This document shows, piece by piece, positions 1-8,955 of a stretch of 32,775 nucleotides of DNA; within the stretch, counting starts at the first letter, position 1; every line of letters begins with the position of its first letter. The DNA is taken from IMG/VR virus record IMGVR_UViG_2913152634_000001; one strand, given 5' to 3'. Origin of the DNA: a virus (taxonomy: Duplodnaviria > Heunggongvirae > Uroviricota > Caudoviricetes). A model generated the notes under the pieces. That model worked only from the letters and a program-made list of their open reading frames with translations, was not told the DNA's origin and searched no databases. The position numbers were made by a program, and so were the translations under genes.

Positions 1-981
1 TTATAACGTCACTCCGCCTTTTAGTGGATTCAGAGCGACGGCATTTTGCAGATAGTCAGGCGCAAGGTGCGCATAGGCCATCGTCTGCTGAATGCTCGCA
101 TGTCCCAGAATCTGTTGCAGTGCGATTATATTGCCCCCATTCATCATGAAATGGCTTGCGAATGTATGCCGCAGGATGTGGGTTGCCTGATTGGGTGGTA
201 TATCAGGTTTCACTCTGCGTAAAATCCCGCAAAATTTCTCATAATCAACTTTGAATAATTTGGCGCTGGCCTCCTCTTTAACTTTTTTCTCCAGTTCCTC
301 AGAAATCGGCACGGTTCGCTTTTTACCGTTTTTGGTTTTCAGGAAGGTAACCCTGCAATTTGTAATCTGTGCTGGTTTTAGCGTGGCAACTTCCGTCCAT
401 CTTCCTCCAGTGCTCAGACATAAAAGCGCGACAAGTAAGTCATCACCAGCCAAAACATTTAACAGTTTTTCGATTTCTGCTTTTTCCAGGAACGTCATTT
501 CAGGGTTGGCCTCCGCCAGTGGCGGCAGTCCGTGAATTGGGTGTTGCCCGGAAAATTCATCCAATTGAATTAATTTTGTGAACATGCCGGATAATCGGTA
601 CATGTCACGGTTTATCGTTGCGGCACTGATACCATCACGTAGTCGCATGGAACGATAATCCATCAAAGCCCTTTTGCTCATCCTGCTCACTGGTATATCA
701 CCTATGCCGCTGATGGTTTTGAGTAGATGATTAAACTCTTTTGTTCCATGCTCGTGGTTTTGCCCGTGATATTTCCACCAGATGTCCAGCAACTCACTCA
801 AAGTCCGGCGGTCTGCTCGCTGGCCTCCCCATTCTTTCTGACTGGCATTGGCGATTGTGTATCGCTCAAATGCTAGTGCTTCAGCTTTTCTTTCGAATTT
901 CCTGCGGATGCGTTTTCCGTCGCGACCGCGAGGTCTAATGTCCACTTCATAGCGACCATCATCGAGCTTCTTAATTGCCAT
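1..981 (-). CDS. int: P2-family tyrosine integrase (site-specific recombinase)
   Basis: ORF 1..1011 on the minus strand; C-terminal HILRHTFASHF...LGHASIQQTMAYAHLAPDY is a tyrosine-recombinase catalytic signature. Preferred start is the ATG at 979-981 (MAIKKLDDGRYEVDIRP, as I recall P2 Int begins), with GGAGGG about 7 nt upstream; the ATG at 1009-1011 has no Shine-Dalgarno. The stop codon is at 1-3, so attL lies outside the window. Confidence 0.9.
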   Translation of the reverse strand: MAIKKLDDGRYEVDIRPRGRDGKRIRRKFERKAEALAFERYTIANASQKEWGGQRADRRTLSELLDIWWKYHGQNHEHGTKEFNHLLKTISGIGDIPVSRMSKRALMDYRSMRLRDGISAATINRDMYRLSGMFTKLIQLDEFSGQHPIHGLPPLAEANPEMTFLEKAEIEKLLNVLAGDDLLVALLCLSTGGRWTEVATLKPAQITNCRVTFLKTKNGKKRTVPISEELEKKVKEEASAKLFKVDYEKFCGILRRVKPDIPPNQATHILRHTFASHFMMNGGNIIALQQILGHASIQQTMAYAHLAPDYLQNAVALNPLKGGVTL

Positions 982-1050
982 AAGAAAGCCCTCCGGCGCT
1001 GTATTCACCATCTTGGTAGCAAATGGTGAAAATGTAATCTTTATATAGAG

Positions 1051-1344
1051 TTAGCCAATCCTTTTCGCGGAGTGGTTGGACTCTGTTGACTCTGGCCCAA
1101 TGTGCGCGAGAGCCGGTGCGATTTGTCCTGCGTCCGGCGCGGTTTTATCTGTCATAAGCCATAGAGCATATTTTTGGAATGTGGGATGCATAGTGATTTT
1201 TAGCAAAGCTGTGCCACCGGGTTCAAAGTTTCCTCCTTCATATTTTTTAAGTGTGCTTAGCGGTAACTCTATGATTTCACAGAATTTTGATTGGCTTAGC
1301 CCTTCAGCCTCACGCAAGGCCTTAATCTTTTCGCTTAATTTCAT
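1051..1344 (-). CDS. C: P2 C-type immunity repressor
   Basis: 97-aa ORF divergent from cox and adjacent to int; C-terminal YALWLMTDKTAPDAGQIAPALAHIGPE resembles the P2 C repressor family as remembered; N-terminal helix-turn-helix-like segment. Confidence 0.8.
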   Translation of the reverse strand: MKLSEKIKALREAEGLSQSKFCEIIELPLSTLKKYEGGNFEPGGTALLKITMHPTFQKYALWLMTDKTAPDAGQIAPALAHIGPESTESNHSAKRIG

Positions 1345-1465
1345 TTGACATGGTGCCTATATAGGGACTAAATTCCCTCAAAACTGGAACCTATATAGGT
1401 TCCATTGATTTGAGAATAAACCAGCGTCTAAACGGTTTTGAGTGGTTTAGAAAGGGCTGGATCCT
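1345..1465. promoter_or_regulatory. C/cox immunity switch region with candidate Pe/Pc promoters and palindromic operator-like sites
   Basis: Intergenic between divergent C and cox. Consensus TTGACA at 1345-1350 on the plus strand. The palindrome CCTATATAGG occurs twice (1356-1365 and 1390-1399), the second embedded in the perfect 18-bp palindrome GGAACCTATATAGGTTCC (1386-1403). Confidence 0.55.
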
Positions 1466-1753
1466 ATGAGGGTACCATATATGGACGCTGAAAATTATGT
1501 GATTCAGTATCCGCTTGATGCGGTTCATGTGGATAAATTTGCTGATTTATTAGGGAAGCCAAAGACAGCTGTCAGTGAAATGGTGAAGGCAAATAAATTA
1601 CCAATTATTGAATTGCGTGATCCTTGCAAACCGAAGGCTCGTGCCGGTGAAAAATGGGTTTTCATTCCTGAGTTTAATCGCGCTGTACGTGAGGCGTTTT
1701 ATAACCGACCGGTTGAACAGCGTGATGCATGGCTTTTGTGGATGGGGTTGTGA
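1466..1753 (+). CDS. cox: Cox-like excisionase/early-promoter regulator
   Basis: 95-aa ORF as first gene of the rightward early operon, divergent from C; size and position match P2 cox/186 apl. Start could instead be the internal Met at 1481. Confidence 0.7.
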   Translation: MRVPYMDAENYVIQYPLDAVHVDKFADLLGKPKTAVSEMVKANKLPIIELRDPCKPKARAGEKWVFIPEFNRAVREAFYNRPVEQRDAWLLWMGL

Positions 1754-1755
1754 TT

Positions 1756-1926
1756 ATGAATGAGCCGCGTTGTATTGCTCAGTTACTGCGTAACGAAAGC
1801 CCCAGGGCGATTGACTTCACAATCACCCACGGGAAGGGACGCAAGGGAATCATTATCCGCACCAAAAAACAGAGTCCGTTAAAAAAGGCTCTGACCTTTC
1901 TGAAAAGCCGGAGGGTATGGAAATGA
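1756..1926 (+). CDS. hypothetical small early protein
   Basis: ATG at 1756 directly after the cox stop (1751-1753); 56 aa, MNEPRCIAQLLRNESPRAIDF...; no recognised motif. Confidence 0.4.
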   Translation: MNEPRCIAQLLRNESPRAIDFTITHGKGRKGIIIRTKKQSPLKKALTFLKSRRVWK

Positions 1927-2423
1927 CAGTGATGACGCTCAATCTCGTTGAAAAACAGCCAGCAGCTATGCGCCGGATAATTGGCAAGCATCTTGCTGTC
2001 CCTCGCTGGCAGGATACATGTGATTATTATAATCAGATGATGGAACGCGAACGGCTAACGGTTTGCTTCCATGCGCAGTTAAAACAGCGTCACGCAACGA
2101 TGCGTTTTGAAGAAATGAACGACGTCGAACGTGAACGGCTGGTTTGTGCAATTGATGAATTGCGTGGGGCATTCTCAAAACGCCGTCAGGTTGGCGCAAG
2201 TGAGTATGCATATATTAGTTTTTTAACAGTCAGTCAGCGTCGTACTTTATTTATGCATGCCGGATTGACTGAAAAAGAATTCAACCAGCCATACTGGCGA
2301 ATTAATGAAGAATCATGTTACTGGCGTGATGCTTTATTCCGTGCATTACGTGAATTATTCAGCCTGTTTGAGTATGCACCGACAATTCTGACGTCGGTAA
2401 AACCAGAGCAATATCTGCATTAA
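1917..2423 (+). CDS. hypothetical phage early-region protein
   Basis: 168-aa ORF in the early operon between cox and A; no motif recognised; may start at the Met at 1923. Confidence 0.55.
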   Translation: MEMTVMTLNLVEKQPAAMRRIIGKHLAVPRWQDTCDYYNQMMERERLTVCFHAQLKQRHATMRFEEMNDVERERLVCAIDELRGAFSKRRQVGASEYAYISFLTVSQRRTLFMHAGLTEKEFNQPYWRINEESCYWRDALFRALRELFSLFEYAPTILTSVKPEQYLH

Positions 2424-2486
2424 ATAATTAACCAGAGTTTTTAACGCACTTAATCGTGCGGGGCTTCTTTTTGCCTGGAGAAAGTC

Positions 2487-2711
2487 ATGCATACAGTTTC
2501 TGAAAACAAGTGCGGTAAATACGCATTACTGCTGCAACAGGCCAGAGCCGAAGCACAGGCCGACGCAGCGACACGCTTTTCTTCTCATCTTGACGCCATG
2601 ATTCGCCATATCACAAAGGCGGAGTTATCCCGCGTGGAGATAGTCGAGCTGCTCAGTCAGGAGTCGGAAAAATTTCACAATATCGGATTGTCTCGCGGGG
2701 AGGTGCTTTGA
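2487..2711 (+). CDS. hypothetical early protein
   Basis: 74-aa ORF; AGGAGA-like Shine-Dalgarno (ctggagaaagtcATG); stop overlaps the next start (ATGA at 2708-2711), indicating translational coupling. Confidence 0.5.
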   Translation: MHTVSENKCGKYALLLQQARAEAQADAATRFSSHLDAMIRHITKAELSRVEIVELLSQESEKFHNIGLSRGEVL

Positions 2712-3013
2712 TGTCCTGTTCTCATTCAGTTGTATTACTGAATAACGCCTTAAAAATCGCCGTTATGAAAAATGGTGATTTGTCTCTTATTCAACTTGGT
2801 ATTGATAAAGAGAAGCGCGAAATAACTGAATCTGTTATCGCGATTTATCAGAGTGAATTAAACCTCCTGTCTGATGTGGTCAATTTACTTGTTAAACGCG
2901 CTGTATTCCACAAGCAAATTTCCTCAGTGGATGAACTGACAAAATTAACGACAGAACTCGCCAGTTATTGCGCTGATGAATTTAAGAAGCTGAACGACAA
3001 AAGGAGCTGGTAA
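2708..3013 (+). CDS. hypothetical early protein
   Basis: 101-aa ORF coupled to its neighbours by overlapping start/stop codons; occupies the orf80/orf81-like position of P2. Confidence 0.5.
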   Translation: MMSCSHSVVLLNNALKIAVMKNGDLSLIQLGIDKEKREITESVIAIYQSELNLLSDVVNLLVKRAVFHKQISSVDELTKLTTELASYCADEFKKLNDKRSW

Positions 3014-3237
3014 TGCCGGACAACGTAGATTTTATTCAGGAACAACAGGCTGAATTACTGGAGCGCCAGATTAACGCGGCAAGGGTAAAACATTGCGGTG
3101 CTTCTGCGCTGGTTTGCGAAGAGTGTGACGCGCCAATACCTGCTGCCCGTCGTGCTGCTTATCCGTCAGCCACGCGATGTGTTTCCTGTCAGTCAGTCTT
3201 TGAAGCAAAAAACAAACATTACCGGAGAACGGCATGA
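3013..3237 (+). CDS. TraR/DksA-type C4 zinc-finger protein
   Basis: 74 aa with two CxxC pairs (CEECDAP...CVSCQ) at the spacing typical of TraR/DksA C4 zinc fingers; same position as the P2 zinc-finger ORF upstream of A. Confidence 0.7.
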   Translation: MPDNVDFIQEQQAELLERQINAARVKHCGASALVCEECDAPIPAARRAAYPSATRCVSCQSVFEAKNKHYRRTA

Positions 3238-3509
3238 GTATTCGTATTGAAATTGGCGAACGTTATGTCGTTACCAGTGACAGCTTTCAGTTTATTCTCC
3301 ACGAGAAAAAGAGAGCTGAAAGCGGTAAAAACGCCGGTCAGGAATGGCTGGCGGTGGTTGGTTATTACCCGAAATTAAGCCAGCTCGTTTCCGGCCTGAT
3401 GCATCACGATATTCTGACCGGAAGCGCAAAGTCTTTTGCTGATTTAAACGCGCAGGTTGAGCAACTCAGCAAGCGTTGTTCAGAGGCTTTTGGCTCATAT
3501 GGCCGTTAA
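3234..3509 (+). CDS. hypothetical early protein
   Basis: 91-aa ORF overlapping the start of A; orf83-like position in P2. Confidence 0.5.
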   Translation: MSIRIEIGERYVVTSDSFQFILHEKKRAESGKNAGQEWLAVVGYYPKLSQLVSGLMHHDILTGSAKSFADLNAQVEQLSKRCSEAFGSYGR

Positions 3510-5814
3510 AGCCTCCGGGCGTTTTGTCCCTCCGTCAGCATTTGCCGCAGGCACCGGTAAGACGTTTACCGGTGCTTATGCATGGAACGCGCCACGCGAG
3601 GCTGTCGGGCGCGAAAGACCCCTTACACGTGACGAGATGCGTCAGGTGCAAGGTGTTTTATCCACGATTAACCGCCTGCCTTACTTTTTGCGCTCGCTGT
3701 TTACTTCACGCTATGACTACATCCGGCGCAATAAAAGCCCGGTGCACGGGTTTTATTTCCTCACATCCACTTTTCAGCGTCGTTTATGGCCGCGCATTGA
3801 GCGTGTGAATCAGCGCCATGAAATGAACACCGACGCGTCGTTGCTGTTTCTGGCAGAGCGTGACCACTATGCGCGCCTGCCTGGAATGAATGACAAGGAG
3901 CTGAAAAAGTTTGCCGCCCGTATCTCATCGCAGCTTTTCATAATGTATGAGGAACTCTGCGATGCCTGGGTGGATGCGCATGGCGAGAAAGAATCACTGT
4001 TTACGGATGAGGCGCAGGCTCACCTGTATGGTCATGTTGCTGGCGCTGCACGTGCTTTCAATATTTCCCCGCTCTACTGGAAAAAATACCGTAAAGGGCA
4101 GATGACCACGAGGCAGGCATATTCTTCCATTGCCCGTCTGTTTAACGATGAGTGGTGGACTCATCAGCTTAAAGGCCAGCGTATGCGCTGGCATGAGGCG
4201 TTACTGATTGCTGTCGGGGAGGTGAATAAAGACCGTTCTCCTTATGCCAGCAAACATGCCATTCGTGATGTACGTGCACGCCGCCAGGCAAATCTGGAAT
4301 TTCTTAAATCGTGTGACCTTGAAAACAGGGAAACCGGCGAGCGCATCGACCTTATCAGTAAGGTGATGGGCAGTATTTCTAATCCTGAAATTCGCCGGAT
4401 GGAGCTGATGAACACCATTGCTGGCATTGAGCGTTACGCCGCCGCAGAGGGTGATGTGGGGATGTTTATCACGCTGACCGCGCCGTCAAAGTATCACCCG
4501 ACACGTCAGGTCGGAAAAGGCGAAAGTAAAACCGTCCAGCTAAATCACGGCTGGAACGATGAGGCATTTAATCCAAAGGATGCGCAGCGTTATCTCTGCC
4601 ATATCTGGAGCCTGATGCGCACGGCATTCAAGGATAATGATTTACAGGTCTACGGTTTGCGTGTCGTCGAGCCACACCACGACGGAACGCCGCACTGGCA
4701 TATGATGCTTTTTTGTAATCCACGCCAGCGTAACCAGATTATTGAAATCATGCGTCGCTACGCGCTCAAAGAGGATGGCGACGAAAGAGGAGCTGCGCGA
4801 AACCGTTTTCAGGCAAAACACCTTAACCGGGGCGGTGCTGCGGGGTATATCGCGAAATACATCTCAAAAAACATCGATGGCTATGCACTGGATGGTCAGC
4901 TCGATAACGATACCGGCAGGCCGCTGAAAGACACTGCCGCGGCTGTTACCGCATGGGCGTCAACGTGGCGCATTCCGCAATTTAAAACGGTTGGCCTGCC
5001 GACAATGGGGGCTTACCGTGAACTACGCAAATTGCCGCGCGGCGTCAGCATTGCTGATGAGTTTGACGAGCGCGTCGAGGCTGCACGCGCCGCCGCAGAC
5101 AGTGGTGATTTTGCGTTGTATATCAGCGCGCAGGGTGGGGCAAATGTCCCGCGCGATCGTCAGACTGTCAGGGTCGCCCGTAGCCCGTCGGATGACGTTA
5201 ACGAGTACGAGGAAGAAGTCGAGAGAGTGATCGGCATTTACGCGCCGCATCTCGGCGCGCGTCATATTCATATCACCAGAACGACGGACTGGCGCATTGT
5301 GCCGAAAGTTCCGGTCGTTGAGCCTTTGACTTTAAAAAGCGGCATCGCCGCGCCTCGGAGTCCTGTCAATAACTGTGGAAAGCTCACCGGTGGTGATACT
5401 TCGTTATCGGCTCCCACACCGACTGAGCACGCCGCAGCAGTGCTTAATCTGGTTGATGAGGGTGTCATCGAATGGAGTGACCCGGAGGTCGTGAAGGCGC
5501 TCAGGGGCGCATTAAAACACAACCTGAGAACACCAAATCGTCAGCAAAGAAACGGAAGCCCGTTAAAACCATATGAAATGGCACCATCGGCCAGACTGAC
5601 CAGGTCGGAACGAATGCAAATTACCCGTATCCGTGTTGACCTTGCTCAAAAGGGTATCAGGCCGCAGCGATGGGAGCTCGAAGTGTTGGCACGAGGCGCT
5701 ACTGTTAGTTATGAGGGACAAAATTTTGCATTCACGGATAGCCATGACTGGAGTGGTTTTGCTGAACACTTGTGTAAGTTCACAGAGATATTGCAATTGC
5801 CTCCGGATAAGTAA
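3499..5814 (+). CDS. A: replication initiation protein A (rolling-circle nicking endonuclease)
   Basis: Large early ORF; start placed at the ATG at 3499 (MAVKASGRFVPPSAFAAGTGK, as I recall P2 gpA begins), giving 771 aa. The track ORF extends upstream to 3457. Confidence 0.9.
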   Translation: MAVKASGRFVPPSAFAAGTGKTFTGAYAWNAPREAVGRERPLTRDEMRQVQGVLSTINRLPYFLRSLFTSRYDYIRRNKSPVHGFYFLTSTFQRRLWPRIERVNQRHEMNTDASLLFLAERDHYARLPGMNDKELKKFAARISSQLFIMYEELCDAWVDAHGEKESLFTDEAQAHLYGHVAGAARAFNISPLYWKKYRKGQMTTRQAYSSIARLFNDEWWTHQLKGQRMRWHEALLIAVGEVNKDRSPYASKHAIRDVRARRQANLEFLKSCDLENRETGERIDLISKVMGSISNPEIRRMELMNTIAGIERYAAAEGDVGMFITLTAPSKYHPTRQVGKGESKTVQLNHGWNDEAFNPKDAQRYLCHIWSLMRTAFKDNDLQVYGLRVVEPHHDGTPHWHMMLFCNPRQRNQIIEIMRRYALKEDGDERGAARNRFQAKHLNRGGAAGYIAKYISKNIDGYALDGQLDNDTGRPLKDTAAAVTAWASTWRIPQFKTVGLPTMGAYRELRKLPRGVSIADEFDERVEAARAAADSGDFALYISAQGGANVPRDRQTVRVARSPSDDVNEYEEEVERVIGIYAPHLGARHIHITRTTDWRIVPKVPVVEPLTLKSGIAAPRSPVNNCGKLTGGDTSLSAPTPTEHAAAVLNLVDEGVIEWSDPEVVKALRGALKHNLRTPNRQQRNGSPLKPYEMAPSARLTRSERMQITRIRVDLAQKGIRPQRWELEVLARGATVSYEGQNFAFTDSHDWSGFAEHLCKFTEILQLPPDK

Positions 5815-5828
5815 GGGGAGATTGCACT

Positions 5829-6875
5829 ATGCAAATGCAGCATCTGATGGTTGGCTATCCTAAGTACTACCAAACGGCCGATTATGCGTTGAGGCTTTCA
5901 GTGATGGCTGATATAGCAACAATGAGAATGAAGGCTCTGCACTTCTGGGATAAACACGGTATTTCTGCAGCTTCTGAAGCCTTTGGCGTGTCCTGCCGCA
6001 CGCTTTACTGGTGGCGTCAGTTACTGAACAAGGAAGGACCTGAGGGGCTAATCCCGCACAGTAAGGCACCTCTGGTGCGACGAAAAAAACACTGGCATCC
6101 CGATGTGCTGAAAGAGATTCGACGCCTCAGGACAGAGCTGCCGAACCTCGGTAAAGAGCAGATTTTTGTTCGCCTGAAGCCCTGGTGCGAACAGCGCTAT
6201 CTGGCCTGTCCGAGTGTTTCCACCATCGGCAGAATGATCGCTGCCGCACATGATAAAATGCGGATGATACCTGTGCGTCTGGGATCGCGGGGGAAGGCAC
6301 TGCTTGTCAAAAAGCGGTCTGCCAAACCCCGCAGGCCAAAGCACTACCGCCCGGTAAAGACAGGTGAGCTCATTGGGATGGACGCCATTGAGCTCAGAAT
6401 GGGCGAACTGCGTCGCTATGTCATCACCATGATCGACGAATGCAGCAATTACGCGCTGGCACTGGCTGTGCCGTCACTCAACAGTGATATCGTCAATCAC
6501 TTCTTCAGCCGCGCAGCCCGGTTGTTCCCGGTCGGTATCAGCCAGATAATCACAGATAACGGAAAAGAGTTCCTGGGAAACTTCGACAAAACGCTGCAGG
6601 AAGCCGCTATCAAACACCTCTGGACCTATCCCTACACGCCAAAAATGAACGCTATCTGTGAACGTTTTAACCGGACGTTAAGAGAGCAGTTTATTGAATT
6701 TAATGAGATTTTACTCTTTGAAGATCTGGCGCTATTTAACCAGAAGCTGGCGGAATATCTGGTGCTGTATAACAGCAAAAGACCCCACAAGGCGCTCGCA
6801 CTAATGACGCCCGTGGAATATATTTTAAAAGAGAATAAAAATTGCAATATGTGGTGGACCCATACAACACTTTGA
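5829..6875 (+). CDS. DDE integrase-core (rve) transposase-like protein with N-terminal helix-turn-helix, IS481-like architecture
   Basis: 348-aa single ORF: N-terminal helix-turn-helix-like segment (GVSCRTLYWWRQ) and a DDE triad (GMDAIE ... ITDNGKEF ... NAICERFNRTLREQF). Strong Shine-Dalgarno AAGGGGAG at 5815-5822, immediately after the A stop. Not a gene of canonical P2. Confidence 0.75.
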   Translation: MQMQHLMVGYPKYYQTADYALRLSVMADIATMRMKALHFWDKHGISAASEAFGVSCRTLYWWRQLLNKEGPEGLIPHSKAPLVRRKKHWHPDVLKEIRRLRTELPNLGKEQIFVRLKPWCEQRYLACPSVSTIGRMIAAAHDKMRMIPVRLGSRGKALLVKKRSAKPRRPKHYRPVKTGELIGMDAIELRMGELRRYVITMIDECSNYALALAVPSLNSDIVNHFFSRAARLFPVGISQIITDNGKEFLGNFDKTLQEAAIKHLWTYPYTPKMNAICERFNRTLREQFIEFNEILLFEDLALFNQKLAEYLVLYNSKRPHKALALMTPVEYILKENKNCNMWWTHTTL

Positions 6876-7118
6876 TCTTTTTGAGTAATTACCATAAAAT
6901 GCTCAGGCTACCGCTTGGGATATCCCATGGAATGCTCAGTGTATACGCTTTATGCATAGGGTATAAAGGCTGCAATTGGCAACAATTGTGCTGACATGGA
7001 GATAAACTCATGTTGAAACTAGTGAGAGTACGTCAGTACAACCGCTATCGTTTCGGACGTTGGGAGACGGTGCGTAAACACCGCCGTTCTTACCCAACAC
7101 GATGAGATGATATGCGGC

Positions 7119-8867
7119 CTAAGCGGTAGTGTCTTCTATATTCTTTTTCTCTTCATACATTTTATTAAAATGTGAAATATCTCCCATAAGTCTAAATATC
7201 TCTTTAAATTGTGTGATGTATATGTCGGGTGTTATTTCACCCATATCTGTTATGTTTATCGAATCTGAGTGTGAACCTCTATTTATATATCTATAGAAAG
7301 CCTTGAAATTACTATTGCTTTCATTTTGTGCAAGCCTGTTCAATTCATCTTGTAACTCGTTAGTTTTATGAACAAATGCAAAGTAATATTCTAAGATGTT
7401 TCTCATTGTATTAGGGATAACTACATTGTGAACTTTTCCATCTCTGGCATCCTTGAGTATTTGCCATAAAGATTGATATTCATTTTGCAAACTATCTCTG
7501 CTGATGTTAGAAAAAGAACTATGTAGGTTTTTTGTTATTCTAAAAAGCTGATAGGTGCTATTGAATTTCCTTTCTGAAATTGGAGCTAACTTTATTAGCT
7601 CATGAAAAAAATATAGATTATGAGTGAGGATTATCACTTTATTAGCAGAAGTGAAAATGTCATAGTGAATCATCGATGCTATATCATAGATATAGTTCTG
7701 AGAGAGACTTGAAATAGGATCGTCAATGACGATTAAACTGTCTCGGTTGTCGAATTCATCTGTGTTTGTTTGTCCCTTACAATATTCAATAAAATAGAGA
7801 AATGTAATGAGAGTTTTTTCACCTTCGCTAAGAGATCTATATACATTTTTACTTGGTGTATTATCTGAGCGAACTATAACGAAACTATTTTTTATGGTTG
7901 GATGTTTATCAATGTAGAAACAGGTAATGCCAAGGTTTTTTAATTTTGAGTTTATCGAGGAGATTGTTGTGTCGATATTGGATGTTTTATTTCTTAATTC
8001 CTTTATTTCATCATCAGTGTGTTTGATTTCTTTGTTAATAGAATCAATGCTTTCTTCGAGACTCTTGATAATGATGTCGTTTTCGGCTTGAATTTTCTCT
8101 AAAACCTCAAAGTCTGTATTGCGGTAGTTTCTCAATGCTCCCCAAAACTGATTTTTTATTTTATCTTGAGTAAGGTTAAATTGTTTTACCTTTTCATTAA
8201 GGTCATTAATTCTAGAGTTATATTGTTTTATGTCTTTTAGAAGAGATTCCTCAATATCTTTATCTTTATCAAGAGTTACGCTGAGTGACGGGTTTTGTAT
8301 CTTGTTATTAATTAACTCAATGTTACTTTTTAGCATTTTCTCAAGGGAAGAAATGTGAGCAAGACTAGTTTTTCTTTCTTCAATTGAGATTGCTGTACAG
8401 TCATTTAACTGTGTTTTTAGTAATTGAAGTTGTTCTTGAGTAGTTAATTCATAAATATATTTTAATTTTTCAATTGATGTTATTTTCTGAGCGTAGCTCT
8501 CATCAAAAATTTGCTCGAGCGCCTCTGTGAATTTATCATCAATGGTTTCTTTTTGACAAAAAGGGCAAATGTCGCCAACTAAATAATTTTCTTTACCTTT
8601 TTTAACCCAATCGAGATTCTGAAGCTTTTTGATTGTTTCTGATAGATAGCTATTGCTAGAATCAATGACAGGAGTCTTTAATAAATTTTCATCATCAAAA
8701 GAAATAGGGTAAGGATTATATGGAGATATTGTTTGTATGGTGGTGTTTTTATGATTCAATAACTCTCTGTAGTCAGTTAATAATTGATTTAAATCTATAT
8801 CAGGTAATCTAATAGAAGACTTTACCTTTGTGAAAAGGTTTCTTTTATTCTTAAGGTACCCTGCCAT
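7119..8867 (-). CDS. C-terminal fragment of a frameshift-split RloC/PrrC-like ABC ATPase with putative nuclease domain
   Basis: 582-aa ORF in a strongly AT-rich island. Contains CPFC (CxxC) in a Lys/Glu-rich coiled-coil-like region, ABC signature-like SLSEGEK, Walker B SLIVIDDP, H-loop IILTHN, then a C-terminal domain with RNILE (Arg-x3-Glu) and downstream His. No Walker A in this fragment. The reading frame stays open upstream of the ATG to a stop at 8988-8990. Confidence 0.7.
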   Translation of the reverse strand: MAGYLKNKRNLFTKVKSSIRLPDIDLNQLLTDYRELLNHKNTTIQTISPYNPYPISFDDENLLKTPVIDSSNSYLSETIKKLQNLDWVKKGKENYLVGDICPFCQKETIDDKFTEALEQIFDESYAQKITSIEKLKYIYELTTQEQLQLLKTQLNDCTAISIEERKTSLAHISSLEKMLKSNIELINNKIQNPSLSVTLDKDKDIEESLLKDIKQYNSRINDLNEKVKQFNLTQDKIKNQFWGALRNYRNTDFEVLEKIQAENDIIIKSLEESIDSINKEIKHTDDEIKELRNKTSNIDTTISSINSKLKNLGITCFYIDKHPTIKNSFVIVRSDNTPSKNVYRSLSEGEKTLITFLYFIEYCKGQTNTDEFDNRDSLIVIDDPISSLSQNYIYDIASMIHYDIFTSANKVIILTHNLYFFHELIKLAPISERKFNSTYQLFRITKNLHSSFSNISRDSLQNEYQSLWQILKDARDGKVHNVVIPNTMRNILEYYFAFVHKTNELQDELNRLAQNESNSNFKAFYRYINRGSHSDSINITDMGEITPDIYITQFKEIFRLMGDISHFNKMYEEKKNIEDTTA

Positions 8868-8955
8868 TAATGAGTTGACATCAGAGTTTCTTATGTATTC
8901 GGTATTTAACCATATTGATTCAGTACAACTTGTTTCTGCATCATGATTGCGGTCT

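Noticed and set aside
251-938. Plus-strand ORFs (94, 70, 65 aa) inside the integrase gene
   Set aside because: Antisense to int, with no supporting signals.
2445-2472. Short hairpin CGCAC-TTAATC-GTGCG followed by GGGCTTCTTTTT after the 168-aa early gene
   Set aside because: Only a 5-bp stem and an interrupted T run; it would sit inside the early operon upstream of essential gene A; too weak to annotate.
3476-5796. Alternative-frame and antisense ORFs within replication gene A (for example 3476..3808, 4991..5230, 5268..5522, 5563..5796)
   Set aside because: Embedded in the A coding region; A is continuous and well supported.
5860-6895. Minus-strand ORFs (69, 98, 87 aa) overlapping the DDE transposase gene
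   Set aside because: Antisense to a gene with a clear DDE motif series; no independent support.
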